Of a stretch of DNA of 64,000 nucleotides, positions 9,323 to 19,494 are shown one piece after another. The stretch covers positions 6,864-70,863 of IMG/VR virus record IMGVR_UViG_3300045806_000119; one strand, 5' to 3'. Each line of letters starts with the position of its first letter. Positions within the stretch are counted from its first letter, which is position 1. Under the pieces are notes generated by a model that was not told the origin of the DNA, ran no database searches, and saw only the letters and a list, made by a program, of their open reading frames with translations. Both the position numbers and the translations under genes were made by a program. This stretch comes from a virus.

Positions 9323-9854
9323 ACGACACCTGCTCTCCCTTGCTCGTCGCCCGCGCCGGCCGCGCCTCCGCCTCGTCGCGGTGGACGATTGCCTCCAGCG
9401 CCAGCCGTACGTTCTCGTAGCCAGCGCTGGCAAGCGCTTGATTGATCACCTGCCGCAGGCTATCCGGGACGCGCGAGGGGGCAGTCCAGAGCAGGCCCGG
9501 AGTAGCCACCGCTTCGCCGCTGGCCAGCCGCTGCACAGCCTTGCGGGCTTCCTCAACAGCTTCGGCCGGCGGGGTGGGGTCGGCAACCAGTAGCTTCTCC
9601 TCTCGCTCGGCGATGCGGAGAAGGATGAGGTACCCGATGAGATCGAGCACAACATCCTCGTCTTCACCACCCTGGTTCCTCATGCGCTTCAGCTTGTCGT
9701 CGATGCGCACCCGAATCGACTGCGCCGGCGTCAAGTTCGGGGCGAAGACGCCGAGGGGCTCTAGCGCCGAGTCTCCATACTTCCTGTTCTTCTCCAGCAG
9801 CATCATCTTGATCGCTCGGCACTCGATCACGATCTGGTCAACGTGGTTACTCAT
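9312..9854 (-). CDS. DUF1599 / nucleotide-modification-associated domain 1 (Nmad1) protein
   Basis: EKNRKYGDSA...RIDDKLKR...EDVVLDLIGYLIL pattern. Confidence 0.75.
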   Translation of the reverse strand: MSNHVDQIVIECRAIKMMLLEKNRKYGDSALEPLGVFAPNLTPAQSIRVRIDDKLKRMRNQGGEDEDVVLDLIGYLILLRIAEREEKLLVADPTPPAEAVEEARKAVQRLASGEAVATPGLLWTAPSRVPDSLRQVINQALASAGYENVRLALEAIVHRDEAEARPARATSKGEQVSCDD

Positions 9855-10308
9855 TTTCAGCCTTCCTTTCGCGCTGCTCTATTGGAATATCAATGGTGAA
9901 AAAACGGGTCTTCACGGATTCGATGAACTGCTTCAGCTTGTCTCGGTTCGGCCCCTTCAGCCGGCCGTAGTGGTTGAAAAGAGCCTGGATGAACAGCAAC
10001 TGCGCTCGGCTGTAATACCGATTGCAGCGGCTGTCGTCCCGGTTTCGCCAGAGCGCCCGGGGAAACCCGAAGCGTAGCTCCCAGGCGTACAACGTCCTGA
10101 GTTCCTTGTGCATTATCGCACAAAGAACGGCAGAGGGGAAAAGCTCAATAGTGACGCCATCGACGACGAAACGCTTACCCTTGCCCTGCTTCTTCGTGCC
10201 GTCCTTCGCTTGGTACTCGAACACGCAGTCCCATCCACGGCGTCTCCACCCTGCCCGGTTCTGCTTCGTGGTCACGACCTTCTCAGGTAGTAGACCTTGA
10301 TTAGTCAT
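9847..10308 (-). CDS. MerR-like HTH DNA-binding protein
   Basis: KELRTLYAWE..GFP...NRYYSRAQL pattern. Confidence 0.55.
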   Translation of the reverse strand: MTNQGLLPEKVVTTKQNRAGWRRRGWDCVFEYQAKDGTKKQGKGKRFVVDGVTIELFPSAVLCAIMHKELRTLYAWELRFGFPRALWRNRDDSRCNRYYSRAQLLFIQALFNHYGRLKGPNRDKLKQFIESVKTRFFTIDIPIEQRERKAENE

Positions 10309-10393
10309 TTTGGAAAGGTTCCGTTTCTCTGCGAGTAGTGGACGCCACCCATATCTGTAGAGTCAATCACAGGGCGGGACCAGAGCAGGGTTC

Positions 10394-10681
10394 TCATCGG
10401 CGCCCCGGTGGCCGCTTAGGCAGAGGACCCACGTTCAAGACGACGGGCTCGCCAACAGGAATCTTCCCCGACGAGAACTCGTTCTTGTACGTCTCCTCCG
10501 GCTCGTATCGATCCCCGCTGATCGCCGCCTGCACCCACGTCTTCTGCGCTGGCGTGAGCGGGCGCCCGAAACGGTCGAGCTTAGCCAGCATGTCGTCGAA
10601 CGCCTCTTTTACCGCTGGCCGCAGCACTTCGCTGTCCAGCGCTTCCTCCAGCAGCTCCCTGTCCTCTTCAAGCCCCATCAC
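10394..10681 (-). CDS. Hypothetical protein
   Basis: Coupled to the helicase stop; plausible composition. Confidence 0.55.
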   Translation of the reverse strand: MMGLEEDRELLEEALDSEVLRPAVKEAFDDMLAKLDRFGRPLTPAQKTWVQAAISGDRYEPEETYKNEFSSGKIPVGEPVVLNVGPLPKRPPGRR

Positions 10682-12066
10682 GGAACCCTCCTGTTGACGT
10701 GTCGTATCTCAGCCTTCGCATCAATGCTTATAATAGCGGACTCCATGTCGGTCTCTTTCCTCTTCAGAGCGTCGTGACAGAAAACCAGTACAATCGGATT
10801 TCTCTTGTTTGCGTACTCCCTGTCGATACGCCCCACGGCCTGCCGCAGGAAGCCGACGTCATCGGTCGGGTAGAGGAGCACCAGCGTATCGAGCCTCGGG
10901 ATGTTGAGCGCACGACTGGCGATCTTGTCCGTCGCGAAGATCATCTGGCGGTTGAACGCTTCGTCTCGCTCGGCGCCCTTGACTGCCCCGGTGACGAGCC
11001 CGGCGTCAGCGTGCTCCGAGAGCACCTCGGCCAGCATCCCCAGCTGCTCCGTGCGCGAGCCGAGCACGAGGGCCGAGCGCCCTGCCGTGGCCACTTTCAT
11101 CAGCTCCGTGGTGACGATCGCGTTGAACGCCAGGCTACCCGATGCCGCCGTCTCGTAGGCGGGGCGATTGAGGATGTGGCGCCCGAGTCCGGGGGCGTAG
11201 CGCCGACACTTCGCCAGCCGCTGCTCGCTCACGTAGGGCGGGGCGTGAACGAAGTACCACGAGCTGCTGCGCTCTCTCGTTAGGTCGACGTAGCAGGGCT
11301 GCATACCCCCCGCGTGCATCATGAAGACCGCTTCTTGTCCGTCCGCCCGCGCGGGGGTGGCGGACAGGAGGAGGCGCTCCCCTGGAAAGTTAGGCAAAAC
11401 TACTCTAAAGCTTTCGGCGCCCATGCAGTGAGCCTCGTCCACGATGACGAAGCCAAACTGGTCGTAGAACGCCGCGTCGAATTCCTGCTGCGCGAGCGTG
11501 TGGACCAAGGCGATGGTGAAGTGCTCGCCGATTTCACGGCGGCTCGCCTGCACGACCCCCACATCGACGTCGAGCATCGACGGGAAGCACGCGAGTATCT
11601 CCCCGAGCCACTGCGGCACGAGAAAGTCGCGGTCAACGATGATTAGGGTCTTTTTATTCCGTTGTGCAGCGAGCCACAAGGCGCTCGTGGTCTTCCCTTT
11701 TCCACACCCGAGGCAGAGCAGCTTGTCGTAGTGGGGCAGAAGATGAGGAGCGACCTTCTTCTGCAGGGGCGTCAGTTCTCGCGTGAACTGGAGCGGCTCC
11801 GTGGAAGGGAACTCAGGCCGGATGTCCTCGAAGAGAACCCGGTCCTTGCTCAGCATCGCCGCCGCGATGTTGTATCCGCGCGGCAAGATGACGTGGTCGC
11901 CATCCTCTTCCCACAAAGCAACGCCAGACGCCGCGTCGGCTGCGTAGCCGAGCATCGCCTGTACCTCTGCTCCCTTGTTGTCGACCCACAGCTCGTGACG
12001 GATGCGGTCAAAGTCGACTGCGCTCTTTTTCACGCGGTAGTGGCTGCCTAGCTCTACGATTTCCAT
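10678..12066 (-). CDS. Superfamily 2 DEAH helicase (XPB/UvsW-like)
   Basis: GCGKGKT, IVDEAH, LSATP.RADG, LNIPRLD, QAVGRIDR. Confidence 0.9.
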   Translation of the reverse strand: MEIVELGSHYRVKKSAVDFDRIRHELWVDNKGAEVQAMLGYAADAASGVALWEEDGDHVILPRGYNIAAAMLSKDRVLFEDIRPEFPSTEPLQFTRELTPLQKKVAPHLLPHYDKLLCLGCGKGKTTSALWLAAQRNKKTLIIVDRDFLVPQWLGEILACFPSMLDVDVGVVQASRREIGEHFTIALVHTLAQQEFDAAFYDQFGFVIVDEAHCMGAESFRVVLPNFPGERLLLSATPARADGQEAVFMMHAGGMQPCYVDLTRERSSSWYFVHAPPYVSEQRLAKCRRYAPGLGRHILNRPAYETAASGSLAFNAIVTTELMKVATAGRSALVLGSRTEQLGMLAEVLSEHADAGLVTGAVKGAERDEAFNRQMIFATDKIASRALNIPRLDTLVLLYPTDDVGFLRQAVGRIDREYANKRNPIVLVFCHDALKRKETDMESAIISIDAKAEIRHVNRRVP

Positions 12067-12074
12067 TATTGCGA

Positions 12075-12103
12075 ATAGTCGCACGTATGCTCAGCTATGG
12101 CAA
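12075..12103 (-). promoter_or_regulatory. Sigma70-like promoter of the SF2 helicase
   Basis: TTGCCA-17 bp-GACTAT with extended TGn, just downstream of a terminator. Confidence 0.45.
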
Positions 12104-12112
12104 GCGCCAGGC

Positions 12113-12146
12113 AAAGAAAAGCCCCGGCAGCCGAAGCTACCGAGGC
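12113..12146 (-). terminator. Terminator ending the structural operon
   Basis: GCCTCGGTAGC-TTCG-GCTGCCGGGGC hairpin (cUUCGg loop) followed by TTTTCTTT. Confidence 0.85.
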
Positions 12147-12165
12147 CTGTCCTACCGAGCCGAGC

Positions 12166-12579
12166 TCAGGAGTGCTCGGGGTCCTCCACGCCGGCCACCG
12201 GCGCCGGAACGACGGGAGCCACCGGCGCCGGCGCCGGAACGACGGCCGCGGGGGCGGGGCTCGCGGGCGTGTTGGCAGCGACGGCCGCACCGAGCGCTGC
12301 GGCAACGGTGCCGAGCTGAGAGGTGAGGGCAGCAAGCTTCACCGGGTCCGTCCCCGCCGAGGTGATCTGGGCAGCGAGGCCCTGGATGAGGGCTTCGGCC
12401 GAGGCCGCGACCGTGGTGATTTGGTTCACTTCCGCGATGAGGGCTGAGAGGTCGGCCATGATGTGTGCTCCGTCTTTTCTGTAGTTGAGTTTCAGGTCGA
12501 GGACCAGCCGAAGGATTTCGTCCAGCCGCTTCGTCACATGCGTCTCGAATTCATTACTCACAGCGTGCTCCTCCGTCAA
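12166..12579 (-). CDS. Ala-rich coiled-coil hypothetical protein
   Basis: Helical heptads and a Pro/Ala tail; possible internal start MADLS after GGAG. Confidence 0.6.
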   Translation of the reverse strand: MTEEHAVSNEFETHVTKRLDEILRLVLDLKLNYRKDGAHIMADLSALIAEVNQITTVAASAEALIQGLAAQITSAGTDPVKLAALTSQLGTVAAALGAAVAANTPASPAPAAVVPAPAPVAPVVPAPVAGVEDPEHS

Positions 12580-13220
12580 CTGTTGGGCCAGCCCATGCGC
12601 TCTCCGTCCTCTTGCTGGAAGAGGCCAAGCGCTTCACCGCGCAGCTGCGGGAGGTCACGGATGTTGATGGGACCCGCCTTCGCCGGAACCTCGAATGTCC
12701 ACGAGAAGTCGATTGACGGAATCTCGACGCGGCAGTAGGCGCCGTACACAAGAGACACCTGCCACATGCCATTTGCGTCCGGGTACACCCTCCGGTGCGA
12801 CGGCGTGACGGCGAGCCCCATCGGGGCCTGCGAGAGCAGCCCAGCCGTCGAGGGCACCCAGCGCTCCCCCTTCGTCCCCATGCTGTTCACGTTGATGACC
12901 GTGTTCTGGTCCACGCCGCCGAAGGGGTCCTTCAGGTATCCGATAACCTTACAGAGCTGTGGGGCTGCGGGAGGAGCAATGAGCATGACGGGGAGGCTGG
13001 TTCCAGCGCTCCCCACGGCCACCACTTCGTAGATGTCCCCTGGGTTGCCAGCAGCATCGGCGTAGAAGAACTGCTGCGTCTGCGGATTGAAGTTGGCCCC
13101 CGTGACGCTGAAGGCGACGGTGGCGAGCGCCGAGAACGTAGAGCCCCCGTCTGTGCTCTTCGTGATGACCCAGCTGGTGACAGCGGGGGAGGCAACGTAC
13201 CCCCATGTGAGCGTGTTCAT
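12576..13220 (-). CDS. Putative virion protein (FnIII/Ig-like beta domains)
   Basis: Beta-rich sequence, downstream of the tail fibre gene. Confidence 0.5.
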   Translation of the reverse strand: MNTLTWGYVASPAVTSWVITKSTDGGSTFSALATVAFSVTGANFNPQTQQFFYADAAGNPGDIYEVVAVGSAGTSLPVMLIAPPAAPQLCKVIGYLKDPFGGVDQNTVINVNSMGTKGERWVPSTAGLLSQAPMGLAVTPSHRRVYPDANGMWQVSLVYGAYCRVEIPSIDFSWTFEVPAKAGPINIRDLPQLRGEALGLFQQEDGERMGWPNS

Positions 13221-13462
13221 TCGACTCCTCCATCTACGATTCCAGGCTGGGTGACGACAACGAGGGTACCGCTCAGTGCTCCCGGCTGGCTCAGCACGCC
13301 GACGTTGGCACCAAAAGGGGGCGGCTGGGTCGGCAGAGCGATAGCTCCGCCTACGAGGCCGGGCTGTGCTGCCACCAAGATCACTCCGCCGGCAGCCATG
13401 GGCTGCAGCGAAGAGGGGGCGACATACGGGTTAGTGGGGCCAGGCTGAACCGCGGTGGGCAT
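13217..13462 (-). CDS. Small QPG-repeat hypothetical protein
   Basis: Start MPTAVQPG; repeated QPG/QP units. Confidence 0.45.
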   Translation of the reverse strand: MPTAVQPGPTNPYVAPSSLQPMAAGGVILVAAQPGLVGGAIALPTQPPPFGANVGVLSQPGALSGTLVVVTQPGIVDGGVE

Positions 13463-13481
13463 CGGAAAGCTCCTGCGCAGC

Positions 13482-16400
13482 TCACGGGAAGTTAGAGTTA
13501 GTCCCCGGGGCCGTGTAGAAGACGACCCCAACAGTACCGCTCTGCTCTGTGCCACCGTTGATGTAATTATCCGAAATGTAGATGTAGTTAGACCCCGTGC
13601 TCGCAGTGCCGACGGCGTAAACAGCGCCTAGCGTGTTTCCCGACACATGGACGCGGTAGTTCTGAGGCCCAGAGAGGTCAACCGCTCGGATACCCGCCGC
13701 AGCAAGGTAGAGGTCAACAACATTGCCGACGATCCGACTAGTGTAAAGATCCATCGCAGCGATGCCCGCCCCAGAGCAGCCGAGGGCGAAGTAAGAGCCG
13801 TTGTAGGAGCAGCCAAACGCCTGGGCAGTGATGATATTTTCACTGATGAGGACATCTGCCATTCGCGGGCTGCCGGAACCAAACCCGCCGTCTCCCGAAG
13901 CCAGGGCGATTGCGACGAAGCACCAGTACGCGTTCGCCGCTACAGGGGTGTTTGTGTTGCAGGCCACGGCGTTTTGCTGGAAGCTGCCGGGAGACGGGGT
14001 ATTGAGTGCCAGCTGTGCGCGCTGGTAGACCTTGTTTCTGGAGATTCGGATCCCAGTCGAAGACACCAGCGCGTACGGCGTGGCGACGGGCGTGTAGTTC
14101 CGAAGAACGATGCCGATGAGCACCGTCGTGTCGGTCAGCACGCCCGTTGCGGCGGGGAAAGTTCCGCCGCTACCGCCGCTACCACCCGCAATAGAACGCC
14201 AGCCTTGGGGGATGCTGGCGGCTGTTGCAAACCCAATGTCGAACGTGTTGTCGGTCACGCTGATGTTCGACACGGGGCCGGTAACGTTCACCCCATCTTG
14301 CAGCAGGCGGGAGAGGTAGAAGCCGTACAGCGACGGGGCCGTCGTCCCGGACCACCCTGTCGTGCTGTCCGTCGACATGTTGTGGTGGTTTTCGCGGTAC
14401 GTGATGTTCTGGAACGACGTGGAGTACGACCCAAGAACCCCGTTTACGGAAAGTCCACTAAAGACGGCGAGGCACGCCCCCCACAGCGTGTAGCCGGCCG
14501 CCACGCCACCGCAGTAGGAAAAGTCGAAGTAGTTGTCCTCGATGAGCGTCCTCGACGTCTTGTCGCGACCCACAGTCATCGAGATGTACGCCGTGGCAAC
14601 GCAGACACCGGAGCCGGAGAAGTAGTGCATCGGGGCGCCGGTGTAGTCACCGTTGAACGGCAACGCTGACGTGACGCTGTTGTTGCCGGTCTTGCCCATC
14701 GCGCCCGTGGCGTTGATGAACTTGTTCTCCGCGATCTGCAGCAGGCTCTTGGTGCCGAGCACATGAATAGAGGGAATGTTCTGACCGAGGTTCGTCGGAG
14801 CGACCGCAGCTCCGTCGAACACGTTCCCCACGAGGCGCACTTTCCCGTCCGCCGTCGTCTTGAGCACGACGTTCGCGGCGTAGGGGGGCTGGGTCGAGCC
14901 AGTCACCGCAGTCGAGGGAATACCTTGGCAGAAGAAGTAGCTGTCCCGAACGTCCCAGAGCACGTTCTTCGTGCTGCCGTACTCGTTCAAGCCCCCGTTG
15001 GGGGCGAGGAAGAGGAGCGCCGCGCCAGGGTTGACGTTCACGGAGCCGCCCAGCATCGGCGGGCTCACCATCGTGTTGTTGTACGAGTACGGGTTCAAGA
15101 ACCGACAATTCTTGATAATGATGTTATCGGCCTGGACGTAGACAGGGCCGAAGAAGGTGCAGTCCTCCAAGATGACCGTGTCGCCAACGAACGCGGCCAG
15201 ATAGTTGGACTGCGTCCCGGAGCCGAGGTCGTCCATCGCGAAGTTCAGGCTCTTGAGCTTCAGGCAGTTCGCGTAGAACTGAAGCAAGGCGTTCCTGGTC
15301 CCTGACCCACCAAACGCCGGGTTCTGCCCTCGGATGGCGGGCCGCGTCCCGATGGAGTTCCCGGACGTCGTGCCACTGGCGTTCGCGGCGAGCCCGGAAG
15401 CCCCCTCCTCGCCCTCGATAACGATAGACGACCCCGCGTTGCCACCGCTGTCCGCCCCCGCGTTCCAGTCTCCCCACACCTTCGTTCCGCCGAGCATCTG
15501 GTAGGTACCAGAGCGGAGAAAAAGCCGAATATTGCGGGGCTGTCCGCTGCCCTGGATGGCCGGGGCCGCGTAGCCCGGCACAGCCACCGACCAGTTGAGC
15601 GCGCGCTCCAGCGCATCAGCGCCTGTAATCGTGTTGCTCCCTGGAGCGTACTTGTTTCCGTTCGCCGCGAGCACGGCGCGGTACGGCATCGGCGCCTCGC
15701 CTGGCGGGGCCATGCCGGGGTAGTTCACAACGGACGCACCGGCCCCGCGGGTGACGGTACCGTCGAACCACACGAGGTCCTGCCCGATACGCACGACAAG
15801 ACAGAAACTGGCCGGGTCTGCCTGGAAGTTCGTCGTGGGCACCACAGCGAGCTTCTGCCCGAGGATGGCTTGCGTGGGAGAGAGGGTAAAAGCGTTAGTG
15901 GAAAAGTCGAAGACGAAAGGGAGGTCGCTCTTCCCGAGGTACTGGTTGTTGTGCAGCGTCGGGCCGCTCGCCAGCCAGCCAAGCCCGGAACCATCCGGGA
16001 TAGACCACCCCCAGGCGCCAACCGCGGGGAGGGGAGGAGTCGCCCCTCCGTTCGCGACGTACTGGCTGTTCAACGCGTAGACGTCGGGCGAGGACGCTCC
16101 GGTTACCCCGTTCCCGCCAGTAGAGCGAACGATCATCCCACCAGCGCTTGGACCGCTCGCGCTGTAGCTTCCGATCTGCAGGTAGCCCGTGTTCACGTCC
16201 CAGGACACCATCCCGTCCGCGTTGCTGCCGTCCGTCTGGCTGGAGCGGAACGTCTTCAGGAACCACTGCTTCGTCATCCGTTCGACGGGCATCAGCTCGA
16301 CAAGATTCTGGAGCTGGAGCGTGGTCATGATGTTGTAGCCGCTCGTGACCAGCCCGCCCGTCGACATGAGCCCGGTGCCGCCAGAGCACCCGGTAAGCTG

Positions 16401-17198
16401 CGTCCCGCCGAACAGCCCCGTGTACGTGACAGCTTGCGGCCCCGCAGCGGTCGTCACGTACGCCGTACCGGCCCCGGGGAGGCCCGCCGTGGTGGCCACG
16501 TTGATGACCGACTGCGGAAGAGAAAGGCCATTAGAAAGGGCCGCTATGGTGGTAGACACCTCGGCCGGCAGGACGTAGCGGAAGAGGTGGACACGCGCCG
16601 TGTTCCCCAACCACGGCCGAGCCGGAGCAGAGGCAGAGAGCACGGGGATGAGAGCTTCCGCAGCCTCGAAGCTGGTGGTGCTGGACACTTGGTGAAACGT
16701 TGGCGTCCACACCTCCCGTACAGTCGTCTGCCCGTTCAGGGGGGTGGAGATCGTCGGGTCCTGCGTCGCGTTCACTTCCGTCAACACGAAATCGACGTAG
16801 ACGACGCCGTAAACCACACTAGCGGTGGGGTTCGAGAAGGTCAGCGAGCCACCAGCGACAGACGTGAGGTCGAGGTCCGCGGCGAGGTAGTAGCGGACGC
16901 CGTCCACGTACAGGTACCCAGCCGTGACGTACACGCTCGTCGTTCCGTTCGCGTACGGTCGCCAGTCGGTGCCCATGGCACAACCAAAGCGAGTGTAGGG
17001 GCCGCCGGTGTCCGTTGCTCGGAACTGGCTCATCGACGCATGGGCCGCCTCGGAGATGTCGGCGAAGGCAATCTCTTGCGCCTCGTTCAACTCGTTGTCG
17101 ATAGCCGGCTGGCCGAGCTGAAACTCAACGCGCTTCCTGTTGGCTGAGTCGGTGAACGTGTCACGGGTGATGCTAGCGAATAGACCGAGGAATCGCAT
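13482..17198 (-). CDS. Tail fibre/tailspike with DUF6519-like N-terminus and right-handed beta-helix
   Basis: RVEFQLGQPAIDNELNE and YVTAGYLYVDG N-terminal motifs; IxxNxF beta-helix repeats; starts with the MRFLGLF leader. Confidence 0.75.
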   Translation of the reverse strand: MRFLGLFASITRDTFTDSANRKRVEFQLGQPAIDNELNEAQEIAFADISEAAHASMSQFRATDTGGPYTRFGCAMGTDWRPYANGTTSVYVTAGYLYVDGVRYYLAADLDLTSVAGGSLTFSNPTASVVYGVVYVDFVLTEVNATQDPTISTPLNGQTTVREVWTPTFHQVSSTTSFEAAEALIPVLSASAPARPWLGNTARVHLFRYVLPAEVSTTIAALSNGLSLPQSVINVATTAGLPGAGTAYVTTAAGPQAVTYTGLFGGTQLTGCSGGTGLMSTGGLVTSGYNIMTTLQLQNLVELMPVERMTKQWFLKTFRSSQTDGSNADGMVSWDVNTGYLQIGSYSASGPSAGGMIVRSTGGNGVTGASSPDVYALNSQYVANGGATPPLPAVGAWGWSIPDGSGLGWLASGPTLHNNQYLGKSDLPFVFDFSTNAFTLSPTQAILGQKLAVVPTTNFQADPASFCLVVRIGQDLVWFDGTVTRGAGASVVNYPGMAPPGEAPMPYRAVLAANGNKYAPGSNTITGADALERALNWSVAVPGYAAPAIQGSGQPRNIRLFLRSGTYQMLGGTKVWGDWNAGADSGGNAGSSIVIEGEEGASGLAANASGTTSGNSIGTRPAIRGQNPAFGGSGTRNALLQFYANCLKLKSLNFAMDDLGSGTQSNYLAAFVGDTVILEDCTFFGPVYVQADNIIIKNCRFLNPYSYNNTMVSPPMLGGSVNVNPGAALLFLAPNGGLNEYGSTKNVLWDVRDSYFFCQGIPSTAVTGSTQPPYAANVVLKTTADGKVRLVGNVFDGAAVAPTNLGQNIPSIHVLGTKSLLQIAENKFINATGAMGKTGNNSVTSALPFNGDYTGAPMHYFSGSGVCVATAYISMTVGRDKTSRTLIEDNYFDFSYCGGVAAGYTLWGACLAVFSGLSVNGVLGSYSTSFQNITYRENHHNMSTDSTTGWSGTTAPSLYGFYLSRLLQDGVNVTGPVSNISVTDNTFDIGFATAASIPQGWRSIAGGSGGSGGTFPAATGVLTDTTVLIGIVLRNYTPVATPYALVSSTGIRISRNKVYQRAQLALNTPSPGSFQQNAVACNTNTPVAANAYWCFVAIALASGDGGFGSGSPRMADVLISENIITAQAFGCSYNGSYFALGCSGAGIAAMDLYTSRIVGNVVDLYLAAAGIRAVDLSGPQNYRVHVSGNTLGAVYAVGTASTGSNYIYISDNYINGGTEQSGTVGVVFYTAPGTNSNFP

Positions 17199-17208
17199 GG
17201 GTTTTCCT

Positions 17209-19476
17209 TTAGAACGTCTCGAATTTCACCAGTGGACGAACATCGACGGGAACAAAGCTGTTTAGTACCTGAACAAGCCGAGAGTACTTGAGCGCGTCAG
17301 TCTCCGCCAGGATGACGTACGACGAGCCCGCTATAGATACCGTGTTAGCTCCTCCGCCCTCGGCCACGTCGAGGTAGAGGTTCGTCGCGTCATTAGCCAC
17401 GATTCGGAACAGATTCGTCTGATTCCAGTTGGCCAGCAGGAAGTACCCTGCCCACTGGTTCGTGATCCACGCCTGCGTTGAGTCGGTAGCCTGCGTCGTA
17501 GCGACAGACGTCAGCGTCCCGTACACCTGCGCGACGTTGTGTACCCACACAGTGACATCTGCCGACGTCGCAGCGAACGGCCCCGCCAGCATCGAGCCGA
17601 GCCCCGAGAAGAACGACCACGGCCCCGCAGCTCCGTCTGCCGTCAGGCGCAGATCCCACCGCGGGTTGAGCGTGTAGCTAAAGCTACCAATGACCATTTC
17701 CGCTTGGAAGAGTGGGGCCAGAGTCACGGAGTCAAACGCAGCGGCTAGCGTGAAGGCCCCCGACGCCGGAGCCCCTCCCACCATAGTCAAGACAGTGGTG
17801 CCTCCCGACGTGGCAGCGCTCGACTTCACGGTGTACGTGTTGCTGAGGCTGTCTTTCACCACGTAGCCAGCCCACGCGTTCTGCCCCCATTGCGGCGCTG
17901 CCGCTGGATACGGGTACTGCCACGGGTAGCTGGCGTGGTCGATGGACGTGATGGTGAAGGTGTACGGCCCGGTACCCGCTCCAACGCCCGTTCCTGTGAT
18001 GGCGCTCCGCATCTGCGCCGCAGAGTTCGTCAGCGTCAGCACCTGTGCCCCCGCGGAGGCTGCTCCCACGTTAGAGACGCACGCGAACGTCCCCATGGCG
18101 TCCATGATGCACGCCACCGTAGGCGAGCCGGACGCAGTCGTGGGCAGAGCAGAGAGGGGATAGGCCGTACCGTTCCCCTGGTAGAGGCTGCTGGTCTGCA
18201 CAGAGAGCGAGCCTGTTCCGAGGGTGGCGTTCTGCGCAGCGATGGTGGCTTGCACCGTGTCGCGGTAGCTCACGCCATCCCACGTCGTCAGCACCCGATC
18301 GATGCCGCACGAAGGAAGGATCGTCTCGACGCAGTTTGAGTCCCACGTCGTGAACATCTTCGTCAGCGACACCAGTCCGGGGCAGGTCCCTTTCTGCTTC
18401 AGCACGACGGTGAGCCCAGCTGCGATGCGCCGGAGCACCCCCGCGTCGTAGCCCTGCGTCGGCGGCATGCCGAGGTCCCACGACCGAGCGGCCAAAAAGC
18501 CGTTGATGTTCCCGGTGTCTCCGATACGACCTGCCGGCATGTTGTCTGGGTCGTTGAGGAGCGGGATGGATTCAAGCCAGCCGCGGTACACGTTCACCGC
18601 GCACTGAAGCATCGCGCAGTAGTCGCGCATCAGGAACCTGTCCGCCCCCCGTGTCGGGTCCGCGTCTCGCTTCCTGAAGGTGCTCGGCAACAGGTTGTAG
18701 ACGTAGTTACCGTACAGCGTCGTGTAGGGCTTGATGGACAGCCCCGACACCTGGCAGCCCGGCGTCCAGCACCACCTATACGTGGCCCCAGACGAGAAGG
18801 AGATGAAAATCGTGTAATAGTAGAACGTACCGGCTTGAAGCGCCGTCGTGCTCTGCACGGTTCCTGTCGGGTAGCTCGCTGGCACCGGCCCAGGCCCGTC
18901 CACGAACGCCGAGATGGGCGCCCCCTGGTACACGTCTACCCCCGGGTCCGTCACGAAGCGGCAGTAGGAATACTGCGAGCGCCTCACGCGCACCTGCGTC
19001 ACGCCGGCAGGAAGCGTCCAAAACAGGTCAATGCGGTTTCCATCGCACCACGTCTTCGTCAGCAGGGCCGTGAGCCGGGAGACGACGAGGGTGAACTTGA
19101 AGATCAGGTTCCCCTTGTTCCCGCTCCCGTCGAGCACCTGAATGAAGCCATACACGGTGCCGACGGAGAACGACGGATGTGTCGTCACGCTCACAGTGAC
19201 AGACCCGTCCGGGTTCGTGGTGAGCGAGCCGGCATAGCCTGCCAGGAACGTGCCACCCACGATGGCCTGCTGCCCGTCGAGGGTGAAATTCAGACTAGTC
19301 GTGTCTATGCCGGCAGGGGCCGCCACAGTGAACGTGACGGGCGCCGTTATCGCCACGCCCGCCGCTCCGTTCGAGGGAGAGCTAGAAACCAGGTACGGGG
19401 CGCTCAGCATGAGCGCCGGGGCGCCGCCGCCGTACGGGCCGCCTCCGTACAGTCCGTACCCGAAAGACATCGTCAT
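17209..19476 (-). CDS. Baseplate wedge / tail protein I-like protein with Ig-like domains
   Basis: YNLLPSTFR..D, DPDNMP, KQKGT motif, FVP C-terminus; GYGLYGGGPYG N-terminus. Confidence 0.7.
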   Translation of the reverse strand: MTMSFGYGLYGGGPYGGGAPALMLSAPYLVSSSPSNGAAGVAITAPVTFTVAAPAGIDTTSLNFTLDGQQAIVGGTFLAGYAGSLTTNPDGSVTVSVTTHPSFSVGTVYGFIQVLDGSGNKGNLIFKFTLVVSRLTALLTKTWCDGNRIDLFWTLPAGVTQVRVRRSQYSYCRFVTDPGVDVYQGAPISAFVDGPGPVPASYPTGTVQSTTALQAGTFYYYTIFISFSSGATYRWCWTPGCQVSGLSIKPYTTLYGNYVYNLLPSTFRKRDADPTRGADRFLMRDYCAMLQCAVNVYRGWLESIPLLNDPDNMPAGRIGDTGNINGFLAARSWDLGMPPTQGYDAGVLRRIAAGLTVVLKQKGTCPGLVSLTKMFTTWDSNCVETILPSCGIDRVLTTWDGVSYRDTVQATIAAQNATLGTGSLSVQTSSLYQGNGTAYPLSALPTTASGSPTVACIMDAMGTFACVSNVGAASAGAQVLTLTNSAAQMRSAITGTGVGAGTGPYTFTITSIDHASYPWQYPYPAAAPQWGQNAWAGYVVKDSLSNTYTVKSSAATSGGTTVLTMVGGAPASGAFTLAAAFDSVTLAPLFQAEMVIGSFSYTLNPRWDLRLTADGAAGPWSFFSGLGSMLAGPFAATSADVTVWVHNVAQVYGTLTSVATTQATDSTQAWITNQWAGYFLLANWNQTNLFRIVANDATNLYLDVAEGGGANTVSIAGSSYVILAETDALKYSRLVQVLNSFVPVDVRPLVKFETF

Positions 19477-19494
19477 GGCTCAGCCCTCTTACGA

